Below, piece after piece: positions 1-14,200 of a stretch of 64,000 nucleotides of DNA (position 1 is the stretch's first letter; each line of letters starts with the position of its first letter). The stretch comes from Raillietiella orientalis (taxonomy: Eukaryota): positions 372,001 to 436,000 of the forward strand of contig JAYWIR010000007.1 in assembly GCA_036172245.1 (NCBI GenBank), read 5' to 3'. The position numbers and the translations under genes are program-made. The notes below the pieces were generated by a model. That model was not told where the DNA came from, made no database searches, and was given only the letters and a program-made list of their open reading frames with translations.

Positions 1-2810
1 GCTTCGTGCAAACGGGCAGGAAAGGGAGGGAGGTCGCTGTCTCTGTGTTGCCGCCCGCATCCATCTCGGGGGACTGCCCGCGGAGCGCCCTCTCTCTCGG
101 GGAAGTACCGGTGGGCGGGGCGCGCCTCATCAGAGGAGGGGAAAGAGGAAACCAAACCCCCTTAAAAAAGGGGGGGGGGAGAGGAGAGGGGAGGGAGGGA
201 GGGAAAGGGGCAAAAAAAAAAAAAAAAAGAGGAAAAGCGAAATAAAATCGAACGGGCGCGCGCGCGTGCACTTTTACGGGCGCTCTGTCCCCCTCGCTCC
301 CGCTGCTCTTCTTCTCCGCGCCTACTTTGTCTAATGGTGGGCCGATGAGCGCCGAGATAACAGGGCAGCCAGCATACCTTCTTAATTACGCCGGCCTGCG
401 TTATTTTCTCGAGCGCCTTTCCGCGCCGAGCATTGGCTCCGGCCATCAGATAAACCCGAAGCCTCCGCATACTTCGGGTATCTTCCGATTTCCTTTTTAC
501 TGTTGGCAAAGTGCTCTGGAAGCGGGCGGCGAATCATCCGGGTCCTCCGATACGATCATCTCCTTCTTCCCCCGGTAGGCGCGGCGGTGGCGGGAACGCG
601 CGCCTCCGTCCGAGGCGGCGGCGGCGACCCGCGCACGGCTCCCAGGACGCTCCCAGCGACCTTTCTCTCCGTGCCGCGGCCGCGGCCGCTGCGCCCTCCT
701 CCCTCCCCTTCGAACACAGCACCGACGACGGCGGGACTTTGTCCCTCCCCAGGAGAGCGGGGATTTTCCCCGCTCTTCGTCCCGAGGACCTGCTGGTGCG
801 CATCGGGAAGCTGTCGAAAGAGGAAGATGAGGTCTTCGCCCTCCCGGCGTCGCCGGCGAGATCCAGGATGATCCTTTCCCAAATCGCCGCCGTCATCCCC
901 CCCGTCATCGGGAACCACGACTTTCCCCCGCAGAGCGCGAGGATCGCCTCGGCCACGGGTGGGCGACCCTCGCCCAAGAGCGCTCGGGACCGCTCTCGCT
1001 TCCTCCTGGCTGCTCTGCGGCGGCCCGACGCCGCAGGGCTCAGCCGTGTGCCCACCCGCCGCCGGGGGCAGGAAGGGAGGGGAGGGGGGATCTCGTCGGG
1101 CCAGTGAATTCGGGAAAGCACCGGAGGCAGTCAGAAGCAGCCTCGTCCGGTAGCGGGACAGGCAGGAGGCCGGCGTCTTCAGCGCAAACCCACCTCCTTT
1201 TGCGAACCAGGAGGGGGGGGGGAGGGGCAAGCGAAACGCGCGCGCCGCATGTAGCAGCAGCGCCGTGACCGGAGTGCGTCCACGGGAGACTTCCGTGCGT
1301 CACGAGAAGAGCGGCTTGCCGCGGGGTAAAAACAAAAACAAATGAAAAAGACCCCAGAACCATCCCTCCTCCTCTTATTCCCTTCTTTGGGGGAGGAGGC
1401 GTCCCGGTCCTCGTCCCGGCCCTCTCGACCCCACGTCCATCCGTACGGTACAATCCGAAGTACGGTAGAGAACGGCGAGGCGCCACACGGCTGAGGGCGC
1501 TCCTGGTGCGTCCTTGCCCGGGACAACCCAGGCTCGCCCCGCGGGCGCAGGAAGTCCCAGCGGGGGTTTCAAATCTCTTCCTGATTTGCGCACGGCACGT
1601 TTTGCTTGCCCTCGTGTGCCCGTCCACTCGAACGCCGAGGCGAGTTTTCGGGATGCGGAGGGCCCGGTAGGGAGTGATCGCCTTAGGAACGCGGATTCAT
1701 CGTGCCGACCTCCACGCCGAGGATGCTGCGCTCGGTGCCTGTAGCGAGATGAAAAGGGAGAAAAAAACCGAAGTCCTTCCCGAGGCGACGCGCGCAGGAT
1801 CGCGATCAGGACATTTCGTTCTCCCCTCCGCTCCCCTTTTGTGGAGTGCGATGCGGGACTTCTTCGCGGGGAGAGAGAGCGTCCGTTTTCGGCTGTGCTC
1901 CCGCGCGCGAGGTGCCCTCCCCGCGCGCGTCGCGAGATGCGGTTTTCCCTCCGGAGGGCCGCAGCGGCCACCTCCGGCGCAGGTTGGCTGGCGAACGGTG
2001 AGGTCACTCCCGCAGACGCAGAGGCAACTCTTCCCCATTTCCTTCGGAGTCTTCGGTCGCGAGGGGACGCGCCCCCGTGCTCAGCGGGGCTGGCGGGCTC
2101 TCAGGCTGCGCGCCCGCGGGCACTGCGCTGCCGGCCGGTTCCTCTGGACGCTCGCGCGCAGGCGCCGACGGTTGCTCGGGTTTCCGGGCGCGCACCTCAG
2201 GATCCCCGCCGCCGTGGCAGTACCGGCCGACCTTCGCGGGAGACCGTGGGCGCCCCCGGCCCCTCGCGCGCGCCCCCACCCCCTCGCGCTCGCGAAGCAC
2301 GCGTGATCTCTTGCCGTGCACCGGGCAGCGCGGAGTCCGCATTTCACCACCGTCCCATCGCCGAGTGCTCGTCGCGACCTGGCGGGAGGAATGCCAACGC
2401 CCAAGGTGCTGCTTCTGCGCCACCGCGCGGAGCGCTCTGCTACACCTTGCCCCCCTCCCTCCCCTCCCGACGGCCGCCCAAGCGCTGCGCATCGCTGGCG
2501 TTTCGCGGCTGCGAGCTGGGGAGGAGGAGGATGGAAGCGGAGAGGGGGGGGGGGGTGATGCATCCTGTCCGCAAAAAGAGAGAAAAAAGAGAGAGAGGGA
2601 GAGAGGGAAAACGAATGCCAGTCAGCGCGCCACGAACCCGGACACTCCTTCCCGCTCGCCACACCGAGCCTCCTGCAAATCGCAGCTGCGAGGTCGGTTC
2701 CTGGTGCTCGCCCTCGTGGGAAACGAACCGCCGATCTCCCGGCGGCTCTTCCGAATGCAGGAAGAACGCTCCTCCGAGGGAGCGAACCTCGACGTGCACA
2801 TGTGAACGAG

Positions 2811-2812
<2 letters not shown>

Positions 2813-2855
<43 letters not shown>
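2813..2855. repeat. (TG)n microsatellite
   Basis: About 21 perfect TG units. Confidence 0.95.
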
Positions 2856-2858
<3 letters not shown>

Positions 2859-5800
2859 TGGGTGTTATCAATGTCATTTATAGTTGAAATTGCATTTGGG
2901 GAAACGAGTTTCGAAAACTCTTATGCTAATTAAGCTTTTAGACAAATGGGAAAACTGAAAGAAAGAGAAACTGAACCTCTTTGAGAAGTACGCGAGGATT
3001 GCAAAATGGAAAACACGAAACGATTTCTGTAAGAGTTCCCTCCCCCCCCCCCCGCCTTTTTCTTCTCCCTTTCCCCCCCACTCTCTTGCAGCATTTCACT
3101 GCTAATGATTCTTCTTGATTCTATCCTCTTGGAAAGCAGTTTTTTAGAGGGAGACTTCATGACATTTTTACAACCGCCGTTAAAATTTTTACCGTACGCA
3201 TCTTAGAGATGCGGTTTCAGCTCAAGAGATTGACACCATAATTCAGGAAGCTGGCTGGAAATCACGACCAGGAGTTCGACGGCGCTCGCGACGCGCGCAA
3301 ACACTTTCGAGACTCTCCGCGGCCGCGGACGAAAACAAACGCGTCTGACCGGCGGACGCGCGCGCGGCGCGGTCCGGCCCCGGGAGCCCGCGAGGAGCGT
3401 CCCCCCCGGAACGCATCTTCCGACGGAAGCGGCAGCATCTTCTTCGACGGCGGGCCGGCATCGCGGATTCCTCCTCTTCGGGCGCGCGCAGCGCCAGAAC
3501 CCGACCGCTCGGAAATTCCGCGGGAAAAAGCGCGCCGGCACCGCCGCCTGGCGGCCCGAATCGCGACTCGGGCGAGTGTTTCCTTTTTGTGTGTGTGTGT
3601 GTGTGTGTTTTTCGCTGCTCCTCTCCCCTTTTCGCTGGTCCCTCCCCCTCCCTCCCTTTCACGGACGCGGGTTTCGCCGGATAGGTCCGCGCATGGCGCT
3701 TCGGCCCGACACACTCCGCGCGAGCCGGCGCGCGCAGGAGCACGCCGGGAGGCGGTGTCTTGCCGCGCGTGGCGAGCGGGCGCGCGCGCGCGCCGCCGTG
3801 CCTGGAGAGCGCCTGCGCCGTGTGCCTTCAGTACCTGTTGCGGGAGTAGCTGGCGCGCACCTGGCGCCGTCCTGCGAGGGTGCTGGCTGGCTGGCAAATT
3901 GCGCCGCGCGTTCTTCACGCGCCCTCGTCGGCCGCCCCAGCTCGACGGCGGCACCCCGAATAACGGAGGCTGCGAGCAGGAGGAAGGAGGTCCCGCGTCT
4001 CCCTCCCTCCTCCCCGTCGTTCCCCACTTTGCGCAAGTCGTGCCGTGGGGAAACGGAACCTGGCGAGAGGCGGCGACCGGGCAACGGGAATGAGGCTGGC
4101 AGAGATGCCTCTCCCTCCACATGGAAGAGATGGTGCACGGCGCTCAGCAGCTGCGCTCGCCCGTGGGCACGCGCGCATCCGACGGAAGCGGCGGCCGTGC
4201 AGTGCTCGTGGGACCCTCGTCGAAAGCGGAAAGTCTTCGTCGCACTCTCCGACCCCGTTGGGAGGGAACGAGGACAGAGCAGGGGTGGAGGAGGAGAGGG
4301 GGAAGGAAGAACCCCATGGATTGCACAGCGCCGGCTGCCAAGTGACTCGGCGAGGGAAGGCCAATGGGAGCGCTGAGAGCCTGCCTTGGCCCTCTGCTGC
4401 GGGCGACGCGCTCGCGCGCAGCCGGAGTGAACCTCCCTTCCCCCGGCCAGCGCGCGCCCCCTCCTTTCCAGGGGGAAAAAGGCGTCCACCAGGTGGCTGC
4501 GTTTCGCGCGGAAGGTCGGAATGCAGGCGAAGATTCCTTGCGCCCCAGGGCAGTCTTTCCCGTTCCACCAAGACCACGAGAACGGACGCGAGGCTTCCGT
4601 GGCGGCGGAAGCTCGGCACGCAAGGGGAAATCCCAACACCCAAATCCACCGCTGGTTGTGTCCACCCTCGTCGGTGCGCTGTCCGCAGTGCTTCGTCTTT
4701 CACAGGAACGTTTTTCGCAGGAAACGCAGCGTTCCGTCCTTCCCCTCCGGAGAGGCCCTCTTCCCGAGACTCTTGAAAACGAAGCGGAGGAGATGGGCGC
4801 GTCGCTGCGGCAACGCTCTCCGTTCGAGCCCGCGGGAGCGACCGACTCCCCGGACTCCTGGGAATACATAAGTCTCTCCCAATCACCTTCCACCGCTTTC
4901 TCTGCAAATTAATTGGATGGCCGCTCCCAGGAAAACAGGTCCTCGGAGGTCTCAAAGGAGCAGAGGGATCGCCTCGCGAGATGTCGCCTGCTCCTCTTTG
5001 TGGCCCGGGGACGTCCTGGCTCCTGGAGCGGCCTGGTTTTCCCAACAGCTCCCTCCCGGGGACCACGTGCCGACTTCTGGAAGTCTTCCTCCCTTCCGCA
5101 TGAAGGTAGGATGTCAGGAGGGACGATGCTCATCGCGAAGGCCTACAGTTTCCAGGGATTGGTTACTCCCAGAGCACGTTCGGAACAGGGAGGGACCTGC
5201 AGAAGGGTTCTCCGGAAATCCGGAGAATCGGGATGCCCCCCGTTGTTTTCGGGAACCGAGGCTTTGCGAGGATTCCCGCATCTAGACGGCCAGTTCCTCC
5301 CTCCCACCTCCCTGACGCTCATCCTCTCGAGGCACCCAGTGGTTGCTGCCTCTTGGAAAGCGTCGTTCCTGTCCGTCCCGCATCTCAGGAGCCCTCCGTG
5401 CAGGCTATGGGAACGCGAGTCTTCGGGTCCCCAGCATCCACTTCCCTCCCTTGGCAGCAGTTCTATGCAGTTCCTTCCCCATCCCCGGCAGATGGACCTT
5501 CTTCGCTCAGAAGGAACCTCAGCAAGGACCCTGTGGGGCGGATCGAACTCTTTTCCAGAGAAGCGAGAAAGGCGTCACCTCTTTCAGCCAGGCGCCAACT
5601 GCTGAAGGCTGGTCGTCTAGGAGATGCTGGTTCTCGGGAGAGAGCTCGGTCGCCAGGTCTAGATCAAGGAACGGGGAACACACGGAAGGTGGCCCACGCG
5701 GAGATCTGCGCACGGAGCTGGTGAGGTTGCCAGGGCGACTCGCCGGATACGCGAGGCGAGCTCCCTCTCCCCCGCTGCACCAACTGATCTCGGCGGCGAG

Positions 5801-6144
5801 CGCTGGTCCCTGACATCGCCGCACGTGATTTAGCATGAGGCGTTCGGCATGAGATTTGGCTTTCAAACACAAACACACACATAGTGGGGCGCCGTGTGAA
5901 ATTACACCCCACCAAAACATGAAACGACTATCCGAACAGAAGTCACACTGAGCTTCCATTTCGAGTTTCCTGATTGAGCAGCAGGGCGAGGAGGAAAGAG
6001 GAGCACGGATTGCGCACGCATCAGCGAGTGGACTGCACGCGCGTGTCCACAACACGTCCCGTTCGTGTCCAGGGAATCCAGGTGCCAGTCGGGATGGTCG
6101 AGTGTTCGGTCGTTCCGTGCTCCGTTGAGGACTGGGCCTCTCCA

Positions 6145-6171
6145 TGTTGTTGTTGTTGTTGTTGTTGTTGT
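6145..6171. repeat. (TGT)9 microsatellite
   Basis: Direct reading. Confidence 0.9.
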
Positions 6172-6815
6172 TTCCCCCCCCCCCCCTTTCCATTTCTCTC
6201 GTCCCGGCTGCTCGTAGCCCGGCAGCCCTCGAGTCCTCCCCATTGCTGACTCAGGCCTTGGGCTATGACTCAACGATGATCCGCTGCGCTCGGTCTGTCG
6301 GGCCCGGGGCAAACGGGGGCACACTGCTGCCGTCCACCTGCGAAGTCGTTGGCGGGCATCGGTGGACTCTTCCCACTCTTTGAGCCACATGGAACACGAG
6401 AGCAGCTGCGAAAGAACCCATCCCCCCCCCCAACTCCCACCACCCATGTTATCCTCCCGGCTTGCTGAAATACGGCGTTTTTTATGCCGATGTTTCCCAT
6501 TGGGGGGGAGATTCCTCTACATTATAGAAGCAAATCCCACATTCCTTTCGTGGCGATGGATTCCATGGCGCTTGCGAGGCATGTGCTCCGGGAAGGAGGA
6601 GGGGAGCTAATGACGTTGGAAAATACCTCTTCCCCCTTAAATTTAGAGCGGTGATTTATACTGTTTTGAATATTTAATAACGTGTATCCTCGACGCGTTC
6701 ATCTCCAGCCTCCTTGGTGCTCGGACGAAGAAAAGGAAGGAAAAAAAACACGAAGCTCTTGAAGCTTCCCGCGTCGCGAAGAGCTGCGGCATGCGCGCCC
6801 ATCGGAAAGCAGGCA

Positions 6816-6819
<4 letters not shown>

Positions 6820-6880
<61 letters not shown>
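6820..6880. repeat. (GA)30 microsatellite
   Basis: Direct reading. Confidence 0.95.
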
Positions 6881-6882
<2 letters not shown>

Positions 6883-9767
6883 GCGGGCGCGCCTTTCATT
6901 CGTATTTCTTCCTCTTCTTCCTTTTTTCCTCCGTCTGTTTTATCAGCAGATTTCAGCCGTTGTTGTTGTTGTCGTCGTTGATCCCATCGACCAGATTGTT
7001 CGTCTCCCTTGTTCGCAAAACCAATTCGCTGAAAGAGGACGCAGGAAAAAGAGTGGCGCGAAGAAAAAAAAAGAGTATGCAAATGGCAGTACGAGGGGAA
7101 TCAACAGGAATGTGTTCATCTTGCGAGTGGGTGATTTGTATCCACCTGATTTCTTTTGATGATGATCTGCAGGGGGGACGAAAGCGAAACTATTTTGGGA
7201 AATTTCTCTCTCTCTTCGCCTCTTCCTGAATCGGTCACCCGGGGAACCGCGCGGAGCCACGGAGGAACACGCTGGAGACAGGGAGAGCGGGGGGTGTTCT
7301 CTCTCTGGTCTCGACGCACTTTGTTGGTTCGGAGGGGGGGGGGGGAGGTCAGCCGGAACCGGGGAAGCCTCCGTATCCCAAAAACGGGGGGAGGGGGGCG
7401 AGGAGGAAAGAAAGAAGGAAAACAAATACTGCCTCCCCACCCCCTCTTCCTCCAAAATCGGGCGCTCGAGAAGGATCCCTCCTCCGCCTGCTTTCTCGCT
7501 TCCGGAGGTACTTTCGACCCACAACTAATCCATGAGTTACATCTTATAAAAATGGAGCCAAAAAATGATACGTGAAAACAAGAATGCGAACAAAATACCT
7601 CCCTCCTCCTTCCGTAGATATCGTATGTCATTGATGAAATACAGATTTTTTGTTAAATGAAGACGAACAGAAAAGAAGCTCCCCGAGCCCATCTCGAGAC
7701 TCATCTTGTGAATTTGTCATAGCTGACGAGAGTGACGTTTTCGTCGTCGCGCGCACCTCCGGCGAGCTGACCGGAGCTGACGTCCTTCCCGACCAACCGG
7801 GTTCGGGTAATGAGATGCACACGGTAGGGTAAACAGCAGATCTCTCTCGAGGCGAGGAAGCTGCGGCAGAGCTGAAGCGCGTCGCTGTATCCATCATCTC
7901 CTTTGTGGTGTCTTTCGGGCTGGGGGAGAGGCAGCTGAGCGCTCTCCCGGGCTGGGGGTGCGAAGCCCGCGCTGCGGCGGATCGTTTCCCGGGGCAGATC
8001 CCGCGGCCATCGCGAGCCAGGCGGCGGAAGGAGGGGGTCAGCCGGGCGCACAGCGCGGGGGAGGGAGATTTGCGGCTACCGGCGAGCGCATCCCACGCGA
8101 GCAGGAGGAGGAGGAAGGACGAGGGACTTGTGTCCTGAGAGTCCTCTCGAGGACACACGTTCGCAAGACGGCCGAGTCTCCCCCGGGCTGCCTGGATCTC
8201 GCGCCTGGAGATCGCTTCGGCGTGATGCAGCGCGTGACGGCGACGGCATCCTCTCGGTAATGCCGGCCAATTTGCCGTCGCGAAGGGAAAGCCGTCGTCG
8301 GCCGGTTGTCAGGAGGGGCGGCTGCGAGCGCGAAGAGAAGCAGGCAGCTCGGGACGTTGCGACGTCTCCTCCCTCCCCTCCCTCCCTCCCTTTCCCGGCG
8401 CTGCGGAGTGACGCGTGCGGAGAATTCTCGCATCTCCGTGGGAGGCACTGGAGCCGCGCAGGAGAGCGGCCTCTCCCGTGATCCGGCGAGAGGGCAGAGC
8501 GCCTCCTTCCCTTCGCCGCCCCATTCCTCGAAGGGGTCGCGGCGGCGGCGGCGGCGGCAGTGGTCAGCAAGAACGCCAGCAAGGATAAAGGGGAATTCTG
8601 CAATTTCCCGAGGCGCGGTCGGGAGTCCGGCAGGGGCGGACCGGCTCCCGGGCAGGACAAGGGAGCGAAGAATCCGCGAGCTGCGCTCCAAGGGAGCCAA
8701 GGCACCGAGGAAAGGCGGGCGGGCGGGCGCGCGCTTTCCCGATTTCTGGCGGACGGGGATGCCCTCAGCTTTCGGCACCTCCCTCCTCCTCTTCCTTCTC
8801 CTCCTCCCCGCCTCCCCTTTCCTTCCCGTCGCATCCGGTCACCCCGAACGACGCAGACGGCATCGGCGGACACCGGGCCGCCTGCACGGCTTCCAGAGCT
8901 GCCCGCCATTTCCCGAAAACTTGATGAAAGTTCGAGAAGGAGGTGGCGGGGAAGAGCGAGAGAGCAAGCAATTTGCCCCGGGCGTCCCTGCCGCTCCCTC
9001 CCGTCTGGGACCGAGACGCGGTTCCTGGAACCGTCCGAGGTCCGACGTCCTGGAAACGGGCACTCAAGAGAGAAGTCCCTATCCAGGAGACGAGAGGGAA
9101 GGGAGGGGGGGGGGGGGGGAAGAAAGGACGAGGCAGCGGAGGTCGCGTGCGGCCCACGGGAAAAGAGAGGACCGGCCGGAGGAAGCGGGCGGAGGAGGGT
9201 GAAAGCCCCGATAGCGCTTGCGCGCCCTTGCGGCGGTGGCGCCGTAGACAACCCCGTTCCGGGGAGGGGCATGGCGTGGCGCTCGCGGCGCCGTTGGCTC
9301 GTGACTCGCGGGCGAGCGATGTGGTGGTGACGCCACCTGGGAGGGCGCGCGCCTCAAGAACGGAAGCTGCAGCGGCTCCGCCGCCCTTCCGCCCGTCGTT
9401 TCCGTTTGTTTCTTTTGCACGTCCCGGGCGCAGCCGCTCCGTCCCCGCGGCTCGGCGCGAGATGCGCCAGGAGGCGAAGCCACGGGCCGCCGCAAGATCG
9501 TGGCCGGCTCCTCCTCCCCCTGCGATCGGCGGGCGAAGATTTATTCGGGTTATCTCGAGACTCCTCTCCATCTCGCTCCATGGCTTCTCATAATAGCGGA
9601 GGCTACCTGACAACAGGCACCAACCCGCGTTCGTCATCGGGAGCCACATCATTTGCTAATATGTGATTTACGAGAAGCGCATATTTTTCTCTTGTGTGCC
9701 TGAAAGTGAAAGCGACGAGCCAGATGGAGGGTGGAGGGGGGGGGGGGATGGCGAAAAAGAAACACTC

Positions 9768-9850
9768 ACGCGCGCGCACACACACACACGCACGCACGCA
9801 CGCACGCACACGCACACACACAAACCAACCAACCAAACAAACAAACAACA
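9768..9850. repeat. Compound (CG)/(CA)/(CACG)/(CAAA) microsatellite
   Basis: Direct reading. Confidence 0.85.
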
Positions 9851-11175
9851 AAAAAAAAGGAACCAGAAGAAAGAAACCATTCTGCTGCTACGCTTTCAAC
9901 GGAGTTGGCGCGCGTTCCCCTCGTTCTTCCTGCTATCGAAAAGGGGAGGGGAGGGGGGCAGCTGCTGCTGACCGACCTGCGAAATAATCGAGAGGCTCGC
10001 AGGACGGGGGCGATACGGAGCCGCCCGGGCGCGATGAAGGCGCCGCATCTCCCCGGGTCGGTTTTGCAATCCTTGTTTTGCTCCTCTCCTCGGTGTCATG
10101 CGAGGTCACAAATTTCATGCCCCCTTGGGAAAGGAGTTTCATAAAGCATCGGGAAAACATGTTTTCCTTACGGTCTTCGCGAGAGGCGGGAGAGGGGCTG
10201 GGGAGAACCTCCATTTTGCGAGCGCAGCGCGTCCAACGCACGCGTACGCGCCCGACGCGCGCGTCTCCCAGCGAAGCAGCCGTTCCGAGCGATCATGCGA
10301 GCGTGACCGGGCAGTTTCCGAAATAATAAATAAATAAATAAGGCCCGGATCTGAGGCTGCGACGCTCTTGCGCAGGAACACGGCTCTCGAACGTGGAAAC
10401 GCAAGCTGCGGCTCGGATCCGTGATCCGAGGACATCCAAGGTTCACGGCTGCTGAGCGAGCGCAGGCGATGCATCTCTTGGAGACCGCTGGGCAAGAAAG
10501 CTTCCCCTCGCCGGCTGCACCCGCGCCGTCCGCGAACGCCAGTGCCCACAGCGGTGGGCGCGGGTGACCCTTCGAGGGTCGGAGGGATCCGCGATGCTCC
10601 TCCACGGGCGTCCGGCATCGGCGTCTGTCCCGCCGGCCTGGCAACGAGGTGCCCCTCGGGGCCCACTTTTGGCTCCCCGCAACAGGCACCGGGCTTCGCG
10701 CCCACCGTTGAACTCTGACCGCTGACGGAAAGTCAGCGTTTCTCCCGGAAGACGCCGCATCCTCCGAGACCTGGACAAGTTTGCCCTCCTCTTGCTTGCC
10801 CTGGACAAGAAGCTTGCCCGAGCTGGGGATCTGCATGGCTGAGGATCCCCTCCGGAGCGAAACACGGCGCAGGGGTTCCAAAGGACAGCCGTTGCCAGGC
10901 ATCCGCGAACCGAAATGCCGTGTTCCGCCTCTCCTCGCACCTATGCACCCCGTCCAAGAAGGCAACCTCAAGCGCACAGGGTTTTTGTTGACGCGATTCG
11001 CAAAAGCGGATGCTTGTAAATTTGCTGGAGACGGCCGAAAGGTTTCAGCATGCCTCGCAATTCATCTTTTGGAGCAAAAAAGAGAGAGAGAGAGAGAGGG
11101 GGGAGGGGGAGAGAAAAAAGGAAAATGATGGAAGGCACAGAGGAAGTGCTCGCCACGACAATCCCCAGGATGCTG

Positions 11176-11205
11176 CAGCAGCAGCAGCACCACCACCACC
11201 ACCAC
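11176..11205. repeat. (CAG)4(CAC)6 compound trinucleotide repeat
   Basis: Direct reading. Confidence 0.85.
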
Positions 11206-14200
11206 TTCATGAGCCTCCGGGATGGATTTCGCCTGATCGGGGGCGAGGCTCCAACGGAGGCAGCTGAGGGCACGGCTGGAGACCCATGCCTCATTGTGGC
11301 GCAACCGGACTTGCGCAACAATGGGCCCTCCTTCCCCAACCGCCCCCCACCCCCGCCCATTTCAGCCCCTCACTCCCGCCTGCCCATGTCGCTCCGTTTT
11401 TATCTCAGGGTTCCTTCCGGTCTCGTTCCCCGATCTCGCCGGATCCGAGGCAGAATCCAGCGGTTGCGGTGGCTGTTCTTGAACGTTCCGGTTGCGTCAG
11501 CAACGCGGCTTTCCGAAACGGGCGGTTTTTCCCCAACGAGGTGACACCACTTCAGGTGATCCGCAAATGGACGGAGGAAGACACTCGTCACAAGTTCGCT
11601 CGCGCAGGTCCCTCGCTGGAGGAGAGAGAAGGCTGCTGCCGATTAGCGTGTGGCTGCTGGCTCCCCAGCACTCATTGCATCCACGGCAGGGATGGAATCG
11701 GTGGACGACGACGAGCATGTGGATTTCGCTGTCCTGGTAGGTTCTGTGTATTCCTTTCCGTACCTTTGATATCTCCCCTCATCTTCCGCGATGGGGTTGC
11801 CTACATGGAGAGGGAGGGAGGGAGGGAGGGAGGAAAGAGGCTTAGGAACATCACTTTGGCGACGACGCGCGCGCGCTCTTACCAGCCCCCCTGAGAAATT
11901 CCGAGGGTTCGGCTGCGCGCTGCGCGTCGCATCTCTCTGTGAGGCCACGGCAAAAAAAAAGAAAAGAAAAGAAAAGAAAAGAAAAAACGGCTCGGAGCAC
12001 CTGCCCCTCTCCTGCCAACTGCCGTCGTTGACATCACCAACAACGGTGGAGGGACTCCTTTCCGATGCTGCTGCGGAGAAGGGGCGAAGTTCCGTCTGGG
12101 AGAGAACCCTCCCTTCTGTCTTGGTGTCTTTCCTTTTTTCCCATCGTCCATATGGATCTTCCTCCTCCTCCGGCTGCCTGGAAAGAGCATGGGGACCTCC
12201 AGCACGCACAGACTCCGTTGCTAGGATCTCCCGCAATGAGAAATGGAAGATGTCCCTAGGAAGAGGATGGGAAAGGAGAGAGGAAGAAGCAGTTGGTTGA
12301 TCAGGGAGCGGTGGTGACCGCGTGTCGTGATAGAAGAGGGCCGGAGTCCTGGTTGGCAGTTAGAGAAAAGGACCTTTCCAATCCTGTGTGGGCTCCGCTT
12401 CCCTCGCGCTCCTCCCGAGTGCAGTCCTCCCTGCTGATCCCTCCCCCTTTCTCCAAACGCTCAGAAAAAAACACACACAAAAAAACTTTCCTTCTTCCCG
12501 GTTCTCCCCTTTCCGTGCATCTCCGTCCCGTTCGCGGAGGCGACGTGCCCCTCCTCGGCGTAACTGACGACGCGAGCTCCGCAGGTGGCATTTCGCTGAA
12601 ACACCGCCGAGTCTCCGCGGCGAGATGAAAGGCATCGTGAGTGCGTCCTGGCTGTGGCGGGAGCAGCATCCGTGGAACTCAGGGAAGATGAGGAGGGAGG
12701 AAGGAAGGATGAACGAGAAAGGGGTGAGGAAAGGAAGCGCTTCCGAGGCCACCAACAGCCCCGCCAGGCCGAGGCGAGACACAGGGGAAGGGAGAAGGGA
12801 GAGGGGGGGAGCCTTCCAGGGAAGAGTCAGCTGGCTCCTTCCTCTTCCTTCCTGCCTTCCCGAGAGAGAGACCAGGAGGGATCGGGCCCCACTGAGAACT
12901 CCAGGGGACGCGGAGAAAGATGGAGAGGGTGAAAGGAGAAAGGGAGAGAGACCCCGGTCCCCTCTGACGTATGGCGCAACGAGCTCTCCAGGATAGCAGC
13001 GAGAGAACAGATCGTCCCTTCCAGTCTACTTGCTCTGCAGTTCGTTCCATCCCAGACCCTCCCTCCTCCCAAGGGAGTTTCCAAAAGGGGAGATGGGTTC
13101 TATCCAGGCCAGAAAAGAAGTAAGAATTCCTTCCGGAAAGGCCTTTTCCCCCAAGCTCCTCCGTTGCCCTTCCCTCGAGGTCGTTAGCGCTCGCGCGAAC
13201 TACCGACGTCCTGTTCTCTCGGGAATGGGGTGAGGGCGGGGAGAGGCAGAACGGCCGGGCTCCGCGCCGTCGCCGCCGCCCGCCATCCGGAAAAGGCGGC
13301 GGCGCCGGAGCGAGCCCAAGTCGCGACCTGAAAGCGCGTCCCGTCGCCCGGGGCGACGGACTCCCCCCGTGGCCAGCGCCGACGCCCCGCCCCTCAGTGC
13401 TTGGGGAGAGCGCCCCGGCCGGTCGAACAAGGGGTGCCGCCCTTTGAGTCGGGCGCACAAGATCCGATTAGGGGCTGCGGCGGGTGGCGCGCCGCCGCCG
13501 CCGGAAGGACGCGCTCCCCCACGCCGTTGCTCGCCTCGCCGTCTGCTCGCGTCTGTGCGCGTCTTCCCTGCCCCTCTGGCGGCGGCAGCAGCGTAGGCGG
13601 AAGGAGGGGGGGGGGAAGAGGAGGAGGAGGAGGAGGAAGAAGCAAAAAAAACCATCCTGGCCCGAGGGGGGACGACCGTCTTCCCCGGGCCTCCTGGAAA
13701 GCAGAGGAAGGGAGATCGCTTTCCGGTTCGCCCATTCCTCCCCCACTTATCCCCCTAGAGACGCATCCTCCTCCGTCTCATCCACCCTTCCCGATCTTCC
13801 CGCTCCCCCTGCGGTGTGCCTCCGCAGGTTCGCGGCGGTCACCCGCGTGCCGCCGTCGCGCCGGCGCTCTTAAGCGCTCACACGCTCAGCAGCAGCATCA
13901 GTCTGGCGGCGAGATCGTCCGAGCGCGGGTCGCCGTTGTCGTGGCAACGCGCGCGTGTGTCGTCCTGGTCTCGGCATTGCCGGCTGCTCCCAGCCAAGTT
14001 GGCCACCCTCCCGCCAGAAGGCGCAAAAGCCAAACAAACAAACAGAAACAAACAGCCGCCGCCGCTTCAGCAGCAGCAGCAACAACAACACAACACGCGC
14101 CCGAGTGCGAGCGGCATCTCCACGTGACGACGTCTCCCAGGAGGATGCTTTTCCCTGACACCCCCGCCGTCTCCAGGAGCAAACGCAGAGCGCAACGTAA

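Noticed and set aside
4707..5605. Long + frame interrupted by one TAA (4910-4912), with an upstream acceptor-like site
   Set aside because: No recognisable homology or codon bias; a pseudogene or readthrough call cannot be supported.
11050..11544. ORF with polyQ/polyH resembling a transcription factor N-terminus
   Set aside because: Explained by a CAG/CAC microsatellite; no DNA-binding domain or convincing exon chain.
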